Of a DNA stretch of 64,000 bases, positions 12,300-25,299 are shown one piece after another. The translations under genes were made by a program, and so were the position numbers. Within the stretch, counting starts at the first letter, position 1. The number at the start of each line of letters is the position of its first letter. Origin of the DNA: Camelus dromedarius (lineage: Eukaryota); assembly GCF_036321535.1 (NCBI RefSeq), contig NC_087437.1:40550001-40614000 (forward strand), written 5' to 3'. The notes beneath the pieces were generated by a model. The model ran no database searches, was not told the origin of the DNA, and saw only the letters and a program-made list of their open reading frames with translations.

Positions 12300-14530
12300 C
12301 CATCACTCTTAACATATTAACCCTGCCTTAACTTGTCTGCAAGGATGGAGACCTCCCTCGTGTGAGCTTGCACCCTCTCCAGCTGTCACCAGACCACCTT
12401 ACATCTCAGAATTGCTTTCTGACTCTTCCCAAACTTTTTCTTCTTCCCTGTTGTTAGAAGGCTGTCTCTCTTGTGCAAGGAGTACCCTCCTCTTTTTCTA
12501 AACCCATTTCCTTCATTTTCTCCAGGATTCGTTTTGTCAGTTACCTCCATTAGCCCGCCTCCTTAACTCCTCTTTTCCAGCTTCTTTCCCTCTGCTTATA
12601 AACATGCTCAAATATCCTAATTTTTCCACTTCTTGGAACCACTGCATTTTTTTTCTCATTTTCTTTTCATCTTCAAGCTTTTTCAAAAATAGGTAATAGT
12701 TGCTAATGGGAAAAGAAAAATAAGCAGTATCGCCATTAACTCGTTCAGAGTAGCCAGCATTGCTTGTCTTGCACTCTTGCTGCAAACACTTTAACCTCTT
12801 ACAGTTTAACCTGCTCCTTCAGCTTTTGAAGTTTGAACTGACTTCCTAATTTCTACATTTTAAAGCATTTTTTGATCTGTTCCCATCTCCCCTGATGTCT
12901 GTAAAGCATTGGGCACCCATGGCCTGCTTCAGTTGGCACTGCCCGTCCTGGTTCTGTGTCACCTCTGACCACTTGTTGTCCTTTTTCCCCTTTCCCCTTG
13001 AGACTAGGATGCTCTGTGGTTGTGTTTGTGACAGCCTTCTCTGTGCCACCTGCAGTTTGTACCTTGGAGATTTCAGCCAGCCCCATAGCATGAATACCAG
13101 CTATTGAGTGACTCCCAGTGTAATTGGCAAACAATTGTTGAGCAAAAGGCACTGTGCTGAGTACTAAACTTTCAGAGGTGATCAAGGCATAGGCCGGTCT
13201 CTCAGAAATCTTACTATCTGCTAGAGGAGAGAGAAATGTACCAAAAGCATTGTTTCTGGCAGCATTGTGTATAAGAAAGAGCACTGGCTTTAATCAGAAG
13301 GTGGGAATTTAAATCCCGACTCCACCTCTTGCCAGCTGGTTTCCCTCGTGTGAATGGCGTGACTCCTCTGAGCCTGTTTCTTCTTGTACCGCCTAGCTCC
13401 CAGGCTTGCTGTGAAGAGTAAATGAGCGGTGGTTTCTGAGGCACCTCACCCCTGCCCAGATACCTCTTCCGAGATGCATTTCCATCTGCTTGTTTAAACG
13501 TCTCTCCTGGTTTGTCAGACAAGCACCTGTAGCATACGAAGTCTAAATTTTTCTCAATCAGTTCTTTGTTTTTATTTACCCCTTTCTGCTCATCGTACCA
13601 ACATGTATTCCTGCATTTAGATTCAAGATGTTCCTTTTCCTTAACAAACCATGTAATACCTTCCCCTGCCGAGTCCTTGTCTCTTCTTCCTTTACGTCAT
13701 CACTTGTGTTAGATCCTTCCTTTCCGTTCCCTCTGCCGTTAAGCCCAGTTCAGATCTCTTTCAAATCATACCTAGAATATTGTGCCATCCAAATTGGGCT
13801 CCTTCTCTACTTTGCAACCCATTTGATACACCTCATGAAGCACCACTCCAGTTCTTTAACTCTTCTGCTCAGAAACCTTCAGTAACTGCTACATTGCCTA
13901 ACAGATAAAAATCTATCCTTAGTAAGCAATTAAGGCCTCCCACCATCTGCTGCAGCCTGACTTTGTAGCCATCTCTCTCACTATACTCAACACAAATGCT
14001 GTGTTCCAATCAGGCTGTTACTCACCGTTCCCTGATAGTCTGCTGTTAATACTGTGCTCATACCATTTCCCCTCTAGTCCTCCATCCTTTTTACCTCTTA
14101 AAATCTTCCCCATCTCTCAGAGCTACCTCACTTGTACCCAGATCCATGATGGGACTCCATCGAGGGGGAACTCCTTAGTGTAAACTTGGCTGGCTTCTTT
14201 GAGCTGGCCATCATCTGCCACTTAACACCCCACTGTTTCTGTGCTCCAACTCTAGTAAATTACTTGTGTTTCTGCAGACCTACCATAATCTTTCATAATT
14301 CCATTTAGTAAGTGTTTGTGGAATGATGCTACCCTTCTTAATTTCTCCAAGTAGAAGTCACCCTTTTCTTTAGAACTGTGGTTAGAGCAGGACTTCGCTT
14401 GTCCTGTATGAAACTTAGCAGGTGTACTGCTTTCTGTTATATGAACTACCTCCCCTTCTTGAAGCTAGGGACTGTAGCCCGTGTAACTTTGTGCTCTGCA
14501 GTATGGCATGTACATTTAAGTACTAAAATA
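12300..14530 (+). mobile_element. Fragmented L2 LINE, interrupted by a + strand MIR at ~13260-13430
   Basis: Pyrimidine-rich tract with L2 motifs (ctcttctgctcagaaaccttcagtaactgc...acagataaaaatc); MIR motif agagcactggcttt...ctctgagcctgtttc. Confidence 0.6.
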
Positions 14531-15104
14531 CTTGGTGGCGGTACACACTCTTTTATATTAAACTAGAAGCACAGTGTCACAGAATGCCAGCCTCTCTGTT
14601 CCCTGTGACCCACTCACTGCCTCCCTGTGGGGGTCTCTTCACTCCAGGTCTATCGGTGTACTTGCTCCTGTTGCCTTTTCATTTTGGTTAACTCCTTCTG
14701 AGCATTCTTTTCACCATCTTCCATCTGGCTGTTGGGGCGACTGCTAAATTGAATGCTAATTCAGACCTGGATGTTCACCTGTAATTATGAACGTTCTTCA
14801 GGTCAAAAGTTAAAATCACCAGGACTGTGATAATTTGTGCCTTATTTATTCCCAGTCTTCAGGTTTGCGCTACTTTTTGGTCCTAAACTTGCCTGTGGGA
14901 TTCTTAGTCTTTTCTGGTTTTCAGCACTCGTGGTGATTCTTCTAGAAAATGTTTTGGAATTAATCTAAAAACTTATAGGTTTTTTTCCTGCCATAATTTA
15001 TATAAATTAGCTTTATTTTTAATTTTTTAATTTTATTTTACCATTTAAATAAAAAAATCAAAGAAATTTTGATTATGAAAATTAATTTATTCTTCTTTCA
15101 ACAG

Positions 15105-15192
15105 TGACATTGTAAAGAAGATTGATCAGTCTGAATTTGAAGGTTTTGAGTACATTAATCCTCTTTTGATGTCTGCAGAAGAATGTGTCTGA
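15105..15192 (+). CDS. PRKCI: PRKCI terminal coding exon 18 (hydrophobic motif FEGFEY, C-terminus EECV, TGA stop)
   Basis: caacag|T GAC ATT...GTC TGA, 88 nt; (D)[28 protein letters not shown]. All eight exon phases join in frame. Confidence 0.97.
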
Positions 15193-17735
15193 ACTTCTCA
15201 ACTATGCATTTTGCTTGTGTTGCCATTTAATGCATGGGTACACTTGTTACCAGCCTGGATGCAATGAACCATTTTATATTTTTCACCTACAAAACAGAGC
15301 ATTCAATAGTTGTTGACTGTAAGAGTCAATTATTAAATCTCAGTTTAACTGTGAAAAAAATTAGTTTCCAGACAATCGTGTCAAAAGTTGGTTACACTGG
15401 TAATCCAGCAACCTACTGATGAATAATAAAGTTGTCTTTTTTGTTTAAAGGAAATACTTACCTAAAAAGAGTATCTATTGCATTAAGACACATGGTGGGA
15501 TTACATCATGAGCCTCCCATGATTGTTGTGACACTATTAAGTAATTTAAGTGTTTAAATTTTGGAATAAAAGAGCAATTCAGAACAACTTGCTTTATTAC
15601 CTATTACTTTCTGACTTTTTGGTGGTTTAAAATTCAGCTGTAAATTTTATCATTGCCTTGGAAAATTAAATTATTGATTTTTAAGGCAATAGTTATTAAA
15701 TTGGTAATAAAAGATGTCGCTTGCTTAGAATTGGGGAATATAGATTCTCCTTGAGGAAAAAAATAGGCACATTTTACTAAGAATCAGATTCCAAATCATT
15801 AGCTGTTTTTGAAGAACTGATTCAAGTTATTTCTGTAGTATATTAGAGGGTTGTATTCTGTAGCTTCTTGGCTTGTCCCTTTAACCAGAACTTTAACTGG
15901 AATATTAATAAATGTAGTTCCAAGGACCCAGGATGCAGTTAAATGGAACATTTCTTGTATATTAAAAGGAAAAAATTAGAAACTTAAAACAGACACAGAA
16001 AATTAAACTGTAATATTTATTTCTTATTGGAGGGTAAATCCCGTGGTTGCTTTTTGTGATTTTATTTAAATAATAAGGAAGCACTCACTTGTTACCAAAC
16101 TTGTAAAAGCATTCCGTTATCCAGTGGACACAGAATGTATACGATTTTTTCCTTGTAATTTAGTATACAGGAAAATAATTTATCTTCCAAATGGTGTCTT
16201 AACCTTGCTTGTTTCTTCTCCCAAACCACATTATCCATACTTTTGGACCCTGTTTATGGAGTCATCAATGAAATCCAAGAAAAATAATAAAATTAATAAA
16301 TGTTCAGGATATGCACATATATTCATATTCATCACAGTTCCAGCTCCTTCAATGAGTTTTTGTTAAGTGGGTAACACATGTAATCAGAATAGAATACATT
16401 TCAGAGGCAGAGTTCTTCAGATTATATTTTATTAATATTAGTGTTTAACAATTTATTATTTAAAGTGATGCCAGTGATAGCATCCTTCTGTTTATTTTTA
16501 AATATTTTTTTTATTTAAAGGGATTTTAAAAATAACCATGATCATTTAAATTACTTACAATTGTCCAACCTTAGTAAAATGTAATTTTTAGAAGAGCTAT
16601 CTAGTCTTAAATTTAGAATGATTTAAAATATATAGGCATTTAATAAATTATCTCTTTTTTTAGATGCTGCATTTCATTTGAAATGTAATTTTTCCAAAGT
16701 TTCTGGCCATATACTCTCTTTTCTTCTAATAACTAAGTCAGAAAGCAGTGAACACCTCAAAGGAAACACTTTCATACATTTATTTAACTGGTATATGTGT
16801 TTCTCTTAATACCTGAAACTTGTTTTAAAACAAAAAGCAGTATTCACTTCAAATCATAAACTTTTAGAAAATTCTGGCATCTTATGTCAGAAATATGCTT
16901 GTGATCTTGCTTTTAAGTGGTACTGTTTCCCTTCGGGCATTAGTATCTCAGATGTTAGAATGTGGAATAATCACCTAGTAAGTTTGTTTAAAATGCACAT
17001 TACTGGGCCCACCTTAGAATTCTGTTGTGTCTTTGGACCTCATTTTGAAAAACACTTTAAATTCTCCGAGTTATTTTTTTATTTTGTCCTTAGAGCATTA
17101 GAGTATTCATGATAAAATATTTTGCAAAGGGTAGACAGTGAGTTACTATCTTATCTACAATTTTAAATAAATTTTGAATGAAAGACATCTTCAACTTAGA
17201 TATCTTCTCAAAAAAAAAATCCATCAGTTTTCTATCAGTAATGTTACAAATGATGAGCATTTTTCTGTGATGAGGTTTTAACCATTATTCAGGGTGGCCT
17301 TTTGTTTTTAAATCTTTTTTTTAAACTAATAAAATTTACTGTGTATATTTTATACAGAATTGCATTACAAATATGTTTTTAATTGTATTCTTTTTTTTGT
17401 AGTCTTTATGTGCCATTGCCAATTCTTTTTCTATTACATAGATGTTTTCTCAAATTACTCACCAGGGGACTAAGGCAGTTGAGAGTCAGAATGGTTGGAA
17501 TTTTGGTGTTCTAAGAAAAAATCTCTTTTGCAGAAGCATGTGTGTGGTCAGGTCATTTTATGTGTGTGCAGCCTGAAATGGATATCAGGTATCGTGCTTG
17601 TTTAGTACCTATACATTTACTTTTAAATTTTTTTAATTTTGATTTTTGTCTTCGTATAATGTAATCTGTATTTGTGTACCTTTTTTTTTTTACTTTAAAA
17701 TCTTTAAATAAAATGTTTAATACTCATCAAGATTG
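15193..17735 (+). other. PRKCI: PRKCI 3'UTR (AU-rich, ~2.5 kb; 3' end inferred)
   Basis: AT-rich and repeat-poor after the stop; ends at a candidate distal poly(A) signal. Confidence 0.6.
16940..17058. mobile_element. MER5-like hAT relic within the PRKCI 3'UTR
   Basis: aatcacctagtaagtttgtttaaaatgcacattactgggcccacc...ggacctcattttgaaaaacact. Confidence 0.55.
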
Positions 17736-17776
17736 GAACATTTTTAATATGTAGCATATCAGAGTGTTGTGTTTGG
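17707..17776 (+). terminator. Candidate distal PRKCI polyadenylation signal
   Basis: AATAAA at 17707-17712, preceded by TGTA and U-rich elements, followed by GU-rich gtgttgtgtttgg at 17764-17776. Confidence 0.6.
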
Positions 17777-19568
17777 AATTTCACTGTACTTAGAGCAGCA
17801 TTCTGGTAGTTCTGATGCCATATTATAGACATTTGCTCATAAAATATTAGTCCGTGTATTTTTAAACTAACCCTTCTATGAATCTCTTATCTTGAAAAAC
17901 AAATTAGTGAAAAATCAAGTGAACATAAAGCGTTTTAACTAGTTTTAAAACTGAACCAAATTTAGACAGATTCAGAACAGTGTGTTCTACAGTGATCTGT
18001 TCTGGAGTTCCACAACTTCTCCTTTTGCAGTTGTAGCCTAGTGCCCATACATAAACAAGCATGAGCTCAGTGTCCCACACTTAGGATCCTCTTCACCATA
18101 ACTTTCCCTTTACAAGAAGAGTGAAATCTTAAGTGCTTTTTAAATTGACTTGTCAGATAGCTAGAGCCTGTATATTAAAACCACCAAAGATGATCTCCTG
18201 TGTCTTCTCTATTATTTTATCCTAATATCCCCTGTACCAAATCATAAATTTGGTTGTTTTCTTTGAGTTAGTAAATTCCCAAAATGGGGTTTGAAGCTTC
18301 AGGGAAATTTTGTATTCAGGCAAATAGTAGGGCAACCAGTTTCTCCCTGAAAAGTAAAGTCAATCTCCAGTCTTTAAAATCCAACAGCTTGGTTTCTTGT
18401 CAACACCCAACAGCAAGTCATTTGGCGTATTTGATGGCCTCCCTTCATAGGTTTACCCTCGTCTCCTCTAGGACTTCAGGAATCAGTTAAAACCCAGATA
18501 GTCTGAGTAGTTTGTATCCAAAGTATATTGTTCTAGCAGGTACTGGAATTTCCAATGCCTGGTGCTAAATAAGGCTTAAAAAAGAGAATGTTTGCCCTTG
18601 ACATTCAAGAGAGAGCACAGACACACTGAGAAAGATGGTTGTTTCCACAACAAATAGTCCAGTGATAAAAGCCAGAAAAATGTCATAAAATATATATTAT
18701 GTGGTCATGAAAGGTTATCACCTTCACCAGTGAAACTTGTATGAATTTTACTTGATTTTCATATAAAATTGATCCTTGCTCTAAAGTTTTCAAATTTATT
18801 ATACATAATAAGAATAAAATCTTAGATCTAGAGAGATTCCCACCTCTGTATATACATACATACACGCACACGCACAAACACATAGTATTTCTATATATAA
18901 GATCATTTTTGGCTTTTGTGCTCAAAAATATGAATTGGAATTGGGAGAGAAAATTGTCAGATGCTTCTGCTTAGATTAGCATTTGTACAGCTCATCTCTG
19001 AAATTTATAATTAAGATGAATCCAGTTCAGAACTTGGAGTGATTTTTGGCTTGAAATCTGGCAGTGCAATTCACCTTTGTGTAGCAATTTGTGCCTTACT
19101 GACATTAACACTGTATTTTTATTCCAATGACTTTTTAATGTTTTTATTGAAAAAAATGGAATTACAAGTTTTCTAAGAATTAAGTGGCTGTTTAGTGTGA
19201 TCTTTAATAGGCTGTCTGACAGTTAAGCCCCATACCAGATGGATTCACTAGAGAGAGCTTTAGCTCAAGTTTTCATTGACAGTTTAGCTGGTCAGAAGCA
19301 AATTCTAATTGTGTAAGAAAGAACCCCTTGGGGGGAAAAGGAGCCCGTTGAAAGTCTCTAGCAAAATCCTTGAAAAATTAGGTGCTTTGTTTTTTTCCAT
19401 AAAAGGGAAGTGCTGTGTTTTGAGAGGTAGTACTGGGTACCTAGATTTAAACCTTCCATGATGTAAACTCTGCAATGTGGGGGTTTATACTTAGTGACTT
19501 TTTGTTATTCATAATATATTTAGGGAAAAGAATCATGTAAAGATAGTTAAATACAGAAACCTAATTCT

Positions 19569-19657
19569 TTTTTTTACGTTGAAGTACAGTTAGTTACAAT
19601 GTGTCAATTTCTGATGTACAGCAGAGTCCCAGTCATGCACATGCATACATATATTCG
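19569..19657 (-). mobile_element. 89-bp extreme 3' end of a young L1 with perfect 14-bp TSD
   Basis: TSD agaaacctaattct at 19555-19568 and 19658-19671; body matches the L1 tail at ~3770-3860. Confidence 0.9.
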
Positions 19658-21167
19658 AGAAACCTAATTCTAACTCACATTTTATGGTCTTTTCCAGAAA
19701 CAACTTTTCCTAGGTAAAATGTTTTTCTCTACACTCGATTTTTACTAAAAAGCCAGATTTTTAAATTTAAAGGTCATGAAAGTATGTGCATTTGTGAGCC
19801 TTTTGGAAGTTTACTCAGTTTGAAATATTTTAATGAAGAAATCTGAATCAGTGAATCAGTCTAATAAGACTTGATATTTTGCTAAATTATTACCTTCTTT
19901 AAAGTTTTAATTCATGTATTTATTGAAGACTTGTAATTCAGCGCTATGCTTATTCTACTGGATTTTAAAAAGTTTTATTGTAAGGAATTTTGTATGTGTG
20001 TGTGATACAAGGAATAAATTCATTCCTGAAAAGTTGGCTTAAGTTTAAAAGAAAAAAAAAAGTCAATGTGTCTGTTACCCCTTTAGATAGGGGAGATTTC
20101 CAATAGTTAAAATAAAAATTAACATTCTGCCCCCGAGTAGTGAGGTCTGAAAAATGTGGATGTGAGACAGCAGCATCTCTGGTTGCATCTCAGAAGGGTG
20201 ATTCCATCCGCTTCACCACCAGGGGCCAGTGTCTTGCTGTAATGAAGGTCAGAATCACCAGCGCTCGCCCTTTGGAGGATCCCTTGTATGCACTCCAGGA
20301 CAGTTACCGAGAGGGTCCAGGATTTCATCAGTGCTCATCATGTGTATTTTGATTTTACAGAACTATTAAAGTTCAACATTTGAATTGCTCTTTTGAAGGA
20401 AATCTCACATACTTACCTGGCAGTCTGGCAAGTTTTCATAGAACTGCTTTGCCTTCTTATCTGTTCTGGGTGTTAGACCTCCCATATTTGTTCAAGACAA
20501 ATGAAGACTCACTGGGTGCTGGGCACTGGAGATATATCAAGCAAGAGTCTAGTTACGTCCTATTTCATGCTGTCTGGGTATTTTTCCATCTATGAAGGAT
20601 ACCTTTAGCTGAAAATAAAGAGCCACAGCTGATTTTAGTCATTTAAATATAGTGGAGTTCAGTTAAAACAAATGCAAGAAATAGTCCACATTCTTTACTT
20701 GTGGAACTTCCTACGTCTACTATTGCATGGCATCAGATTTAACCCCTTGAAGTTTGTAGACATTCAGATAATCCATTAAAAACATGATTTCAGGAGAGTT
20801 TTCACTATGCTGCTATTTGTTCACAAACACTGAACACTTGTGTTGGAAGTAAATAGCTGAAAGCAGCAGTCTGCCAAGGAAAGCCATTTTCCTACTAATC
20901 CCGTTGAAAATGAATTCCCAGCATACTTCAGTTCCAGGCGGTTATTTACTTCATTGCCCAAAATAACTGATCATACAATGTGTCGTGAGTTGCATTAAAC
21001 AACCTCACACCTTCTTCTTCACAGGTTTTTTCATCAACAACTTTTTAGATTCATTGTGTTGTTGACACCACTTTATAATCTGCACATTGTTAGTTGGAGG
21101 TACGGGTAACTAGGAAGAATGAAATCTGTCCACTTAGAGAGGATTCTTTAAAGTATAAGACTTCCTT

Positions 21168-21481
21168 GTGATGAGTCTGCCTTTTTGTTATATTCACTAA
21201 TGTGTTGTACTTTTTAGATTCCAAATATAAGTGATATCACAGAGGACAACCTTGTGGTTACCAGTAGGGGGTGGGGAGGGGGACATAGGGGTGGAGGATT
21301 AACAAGTACAAACTATGAGATATAAAATAAGCCACAAGGATATATTGTACAACATGGGGGGTATAGCCAATATTTTATAATAACTATAAGTGGACTAGAA
21401 CCTTTTTAAATTGTGAATCACTATATTGTACACCTATAACTTATATTGTACAACTATATGTCAGTAAAGATTAAAAAAAAA
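21168..21481 (+). mobile_element. L1 3' end with short 5' inversion
   Basis: 21168-21238 is antisense L1 3'UTR; 21239-21481 is the adjoining sense segment ending in poly-A. Confidence 0.75.
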
Positions 21482-23214
21482 TTTACAAAAAATGGGGAAT
21501 AGTTAAATACATTTTTACAAATTTCTGTAGTAATAGAAAAAAAGGAAAGAAAAAAATTCCTTTTTGTATTTCGAAATAGAGAGAAAGCTTGTACCTTATG
21601 ATGAGACCTGACAACTTTTACTTCTGTTTGATTTTCAGTGATGCCAAAGGAAGTTAATTTTCCCAAAGAAAGTTACTCCTTGCTGTTGGGTCCACCCAAA
21701 TAGAAATACTATTTATGGATTTTAATAGCTGACATGGGCAGGCATGTGCTAAACATTTTGCACGTCTCAATCAATCCTCTGTTTCCCATCTCAGAGCTAC
21801 TGAACTGAAATCTGTGTAGGCAGGATCTCAGGTGGTCTCAAGTTAAATTCGGAGAACCACAAACTTGTATTAACATGTACTATTATCATCATTCAGCAGA
21901 TGGGGGAAAAAGTACAGATTTAGGGAGGTTAATAACTTACTTTAGGTCCACATGACTCCCAGTGCCTATTGCCTCTCAAGACAGTTTATGTAAAGTTTGC
22001 TCTAAATTCTGTCTCCTGAGAAGTTACACACAACTAATTAATGAACTGTTCTTTAAATGCTGTCTTGCTAACTCATTGACGGCCATCTTTGTGGGTCTGC
22101 TTAAGGCCTTAGTCCCTTCTCTGCAACCATCTGTGTTGGTTCAACCCTGCCAGCCTTTTCCCATGATGTTGTACTCCGTCTTGCCATGATTTGAGCCTCC
22201 CGCTTCATAGGCATGAAATACATTGTCTTGAACAGCCCAGGACTTCTTTCTTTCAAGCACTCAGAACTGCATGGTAGCGCACCAGAAACTTTTCCTAGGT
22301 CCAGTATTTGGTGTGAGCCTGCCCAGTGAGATAACCCTGTGACTGGCCTCATCTAACCACGACTTCCTCAGATCAAGAAGTCCAGGATGCTGCTGACTGC
22401 TGGGAAACCAGGGTGCCCCCTGCAACACATACACACACCTCTGTGTGGGCGTTAGTTCTTTTAGACATCTTGGAGTTGGCTATGCCTGTATCTTGTTTAT
22501 GGTGACCCTCCAAGATGTGACCCCAGGGAGGCAGCCTGCCTTGTACTCTCATTCTCATTCTTCTCTGTTTTCACCCTTCGCAGACTTCTTCCTTTCCCTC
22601 CTAATGGTTCTCTGTGCCTGCTGGGACACTTCTTCCTGGAGACATGAGCATCAGTGCTTTCAGCCTACTCACTGCATTCTCCTTCCTCCCCTGACTGTCC
22701 CCCGAGGATGTGTTTCCCTGCCGCCCTCTCAAGTGGAGGCGGCTCATTCTAATGGTTCCCAGGGTTGAGCATCCTCCTGGTTCCTCAGTGCCACTGCAAA
22801 CTGTTACTCCTCCACCCACGTGCAAAAGACCAGTTTTTCTGGGCTTGTGCTGTGTGGCTCTGCCTCTTTGTCATGGAACATCATCCTGCCGATTCCATTT
22901 CATTTGGGGAAGACGTGGCACCTGGCTCACTGCTCGACTCTGAGGCCTGCCATCTGTGACAACCAGTGTCTCAGGGATCAGGAATCCGACACCCAGTCAA
23001 ACACCAAACCCCATCCCTTCTTCCTGCCACACGCGTTTCCACCTAAGATCTTACCATACGCCATCCCTCTGCCTGTGATACTCTTCTCCCCTCTCTCCTT
23101 TTCTCAGGTGGGCAGTTAGACCCTTCAGGCATGTATGTCTTTTCCCCAAAGAGGACAACCTAGGGCCACCTTACCTAGCCTGCTCCACTCTTCTCTGTCA
23201 TCGCACTTTGTCTT

Positions 23215-23420
23215 CTTCACAGCATCTCTCATGATGTGCAAGTATATGTTTGCTGATTTCTTTTGCCATCATCTGTCACCTCCACCAATCTGTGTTCCAT
23301 GAGGACAGGGGTCATGCAAATTTAATTTACTATTGCAGTCCCAGCACCTAGAGCAATGCTTGGTGCATGGGCCCTCTAGAAAGATTTACCAAATGAATAA
23401 ATACATGAGTGAATGAACAA
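23215..23420 (+). mobile_element. L2 3' end
   Basis: ccatgaggacagggg...cccagcacctagagcaatgcttggtgcat...aaatgaataaatacatgagtgaatgaa. Confidence 0.75.
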
Positions 23421-25299
23421 ACGTTAGCTGTGTACTTTGGAGAGAGAGTGCTCCTGCTGGCTTGTGGTTTCATCATGAGTAGAGGTTGGCAGGGAAACTC
23501 TCATTTGCTTCAGCAGAACTGGAACTAAGGGGCTGGTGTTTTTTTTATAGGTCATGCAGTTAAATTTTATGCTTTAATAAGGTTTGGAAAACAGAACCAG
23601 GGAAAGGCCTTCACCCACACACCCTAAATGCTGACCTAGGCTAGAGAATTTTTGCTGTAGTCGGGAAGGTGAATCATTCTGGGGTTTTGTGGGATTCCCC
23701 ATCACTGATGTCAAAGGAAGCATTTAGAGAAGGCCCACAATTGCTCAGGTAATAAATGGAAATCAAGGGAAAGGGGACTCCTGAAAGACTGTAGAGACTG
23801 AAAAGCATAGAGTAATTTAGTTGGTTATTAGTTTTCTATTTTGTTGGAAGAATTTGGGAGTGGAGAATGTCAGTGTATAGATTGCCTCTTCCACCTTAAC
23901 CAGGCAAAAAGTCCTATTGAAAATCCTCAGTGGCCACTCATTTCATACCCTGAAGATGGATTTAGTTCTCAGAAATACTCAAAAGCCACTGGAGTCAAAT
24001 TTGATACGAATGGCAAATCTGGGAAATATTGTCCTGGAAATGTGGACCTCAACCCCACCTCCCCCAACCCCTGGCAGAGGAGCCTCTGATGGGATGACGT
24101 CTTGAGACGGCTTCCAGAGGTGAAAGGACACATTCCCCCTTCTCTCTGGCCCACAGAGGAACTCCGGTTCTTTTCAGAGAACTGATGAGAAGAATTTCAG
24201 AGAACTGAAGAGAATTCTTTTTTTTCCAGCACAATGATCCCCCCAAACTGTGCCCTTTGTCTCTGTGTGGAGCCCCCTGGAGGTATCACAGGGGCTTGCT
24301 CTGGAGCAGGGCTGGGGAGAGTCTAGTTCAGAAGCTCTCCCAAGCCGGTGTTCACAGACCCAGAAGAGTATTCACTTCGTTCCTGGCTCTTTGTGATGGG
24401 ATTTCATGCGGTTGGGGTTGGGTGGGGATGAAAAGAGAGACTTCACACCTCTGATTAAGAATCCTATCCCTAGAAGCTCACACAACTGCAAGGTCTCACC
24501 CTCAGGCCTTGGGAGTCCTCACGTGGGTGCTCTCTAAAAATAGCTGAGCACGCCCCACCCAGAATCTGTGTCCTCGCCCCGCTCCTCCCCCCTCCCCCCA
24601 CCACAAGAGTAACTGCTGTTCTTGCCCTACACCCATCCCTGCTGCTAAGACCGGTAGGAAAACATAGGCGTTGGTTTTGGGGTGGGAGGAGGGAAGGAAA
24701 GAACTGCAGTTGCCTTGGTTTTACTTTCTGTTTTTGTTTGCTTTTAATTTGATCACTCACTTCTATATTTCTTTTTAAAAAAATCAGACCGTTTGCATTG
24801 TGAGAATTAATATTCTATGGTTATATCTCTAGGTCCATGTTTAGATTCGTACTTTCCCAGCTAGCAGGTTTCTTGGGCCTCTGGGACTTAAGAGAGCATC
24901 TGTCTCCTTTTAAAACCTGGAGAAGCCTTATGAAGTCCCCTTCTATTAATGTTGACTTCACAGAAACCATTTTCCTGTTTCTTTCACCCTCTGACATCAG
25001 GCAAAAAGACATTATAAACAATGATGGACTGTACTGAACTATTGCTTCTGGTATTACAGATTAAGCAGGTGTAGGTGTAAGAATCTAACTGCCATTTCTA
25101 ACGCTATCTATGTGGGGAAAGATCCTCTATGTTCCAAATAAAGAACGGCAAGCCCACCAGTGGACCTAGCGTTACCATGGAAACAGACCCTATGTGTATG
25201 CACGAGTGGTCACACACATAAGACACATAAAGGTGGTGCCCTGAGACATTCTCTCTATGGAAATCCTTTTGGGGCCTCGGGGAATCCCTGGCCTCACTG

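Noticed and set aside
15112..15120. PRKCI C-tail DIVKKID versus recalled human DIVRKID
   Set aside because: Conservative substitution outside the phospho-motifs; ordinary divergence.
20119..20352. GC-elevated segment with overlapping ~70-aa ORFs and a minus-strand ATGATGA/CTGA pattern (pseudogene or C/D snoRNA?)
   Set aside because: No recognisable protein, poly-A or TSD; no convincing terminal stem or box spacing; not inside a known host intron.
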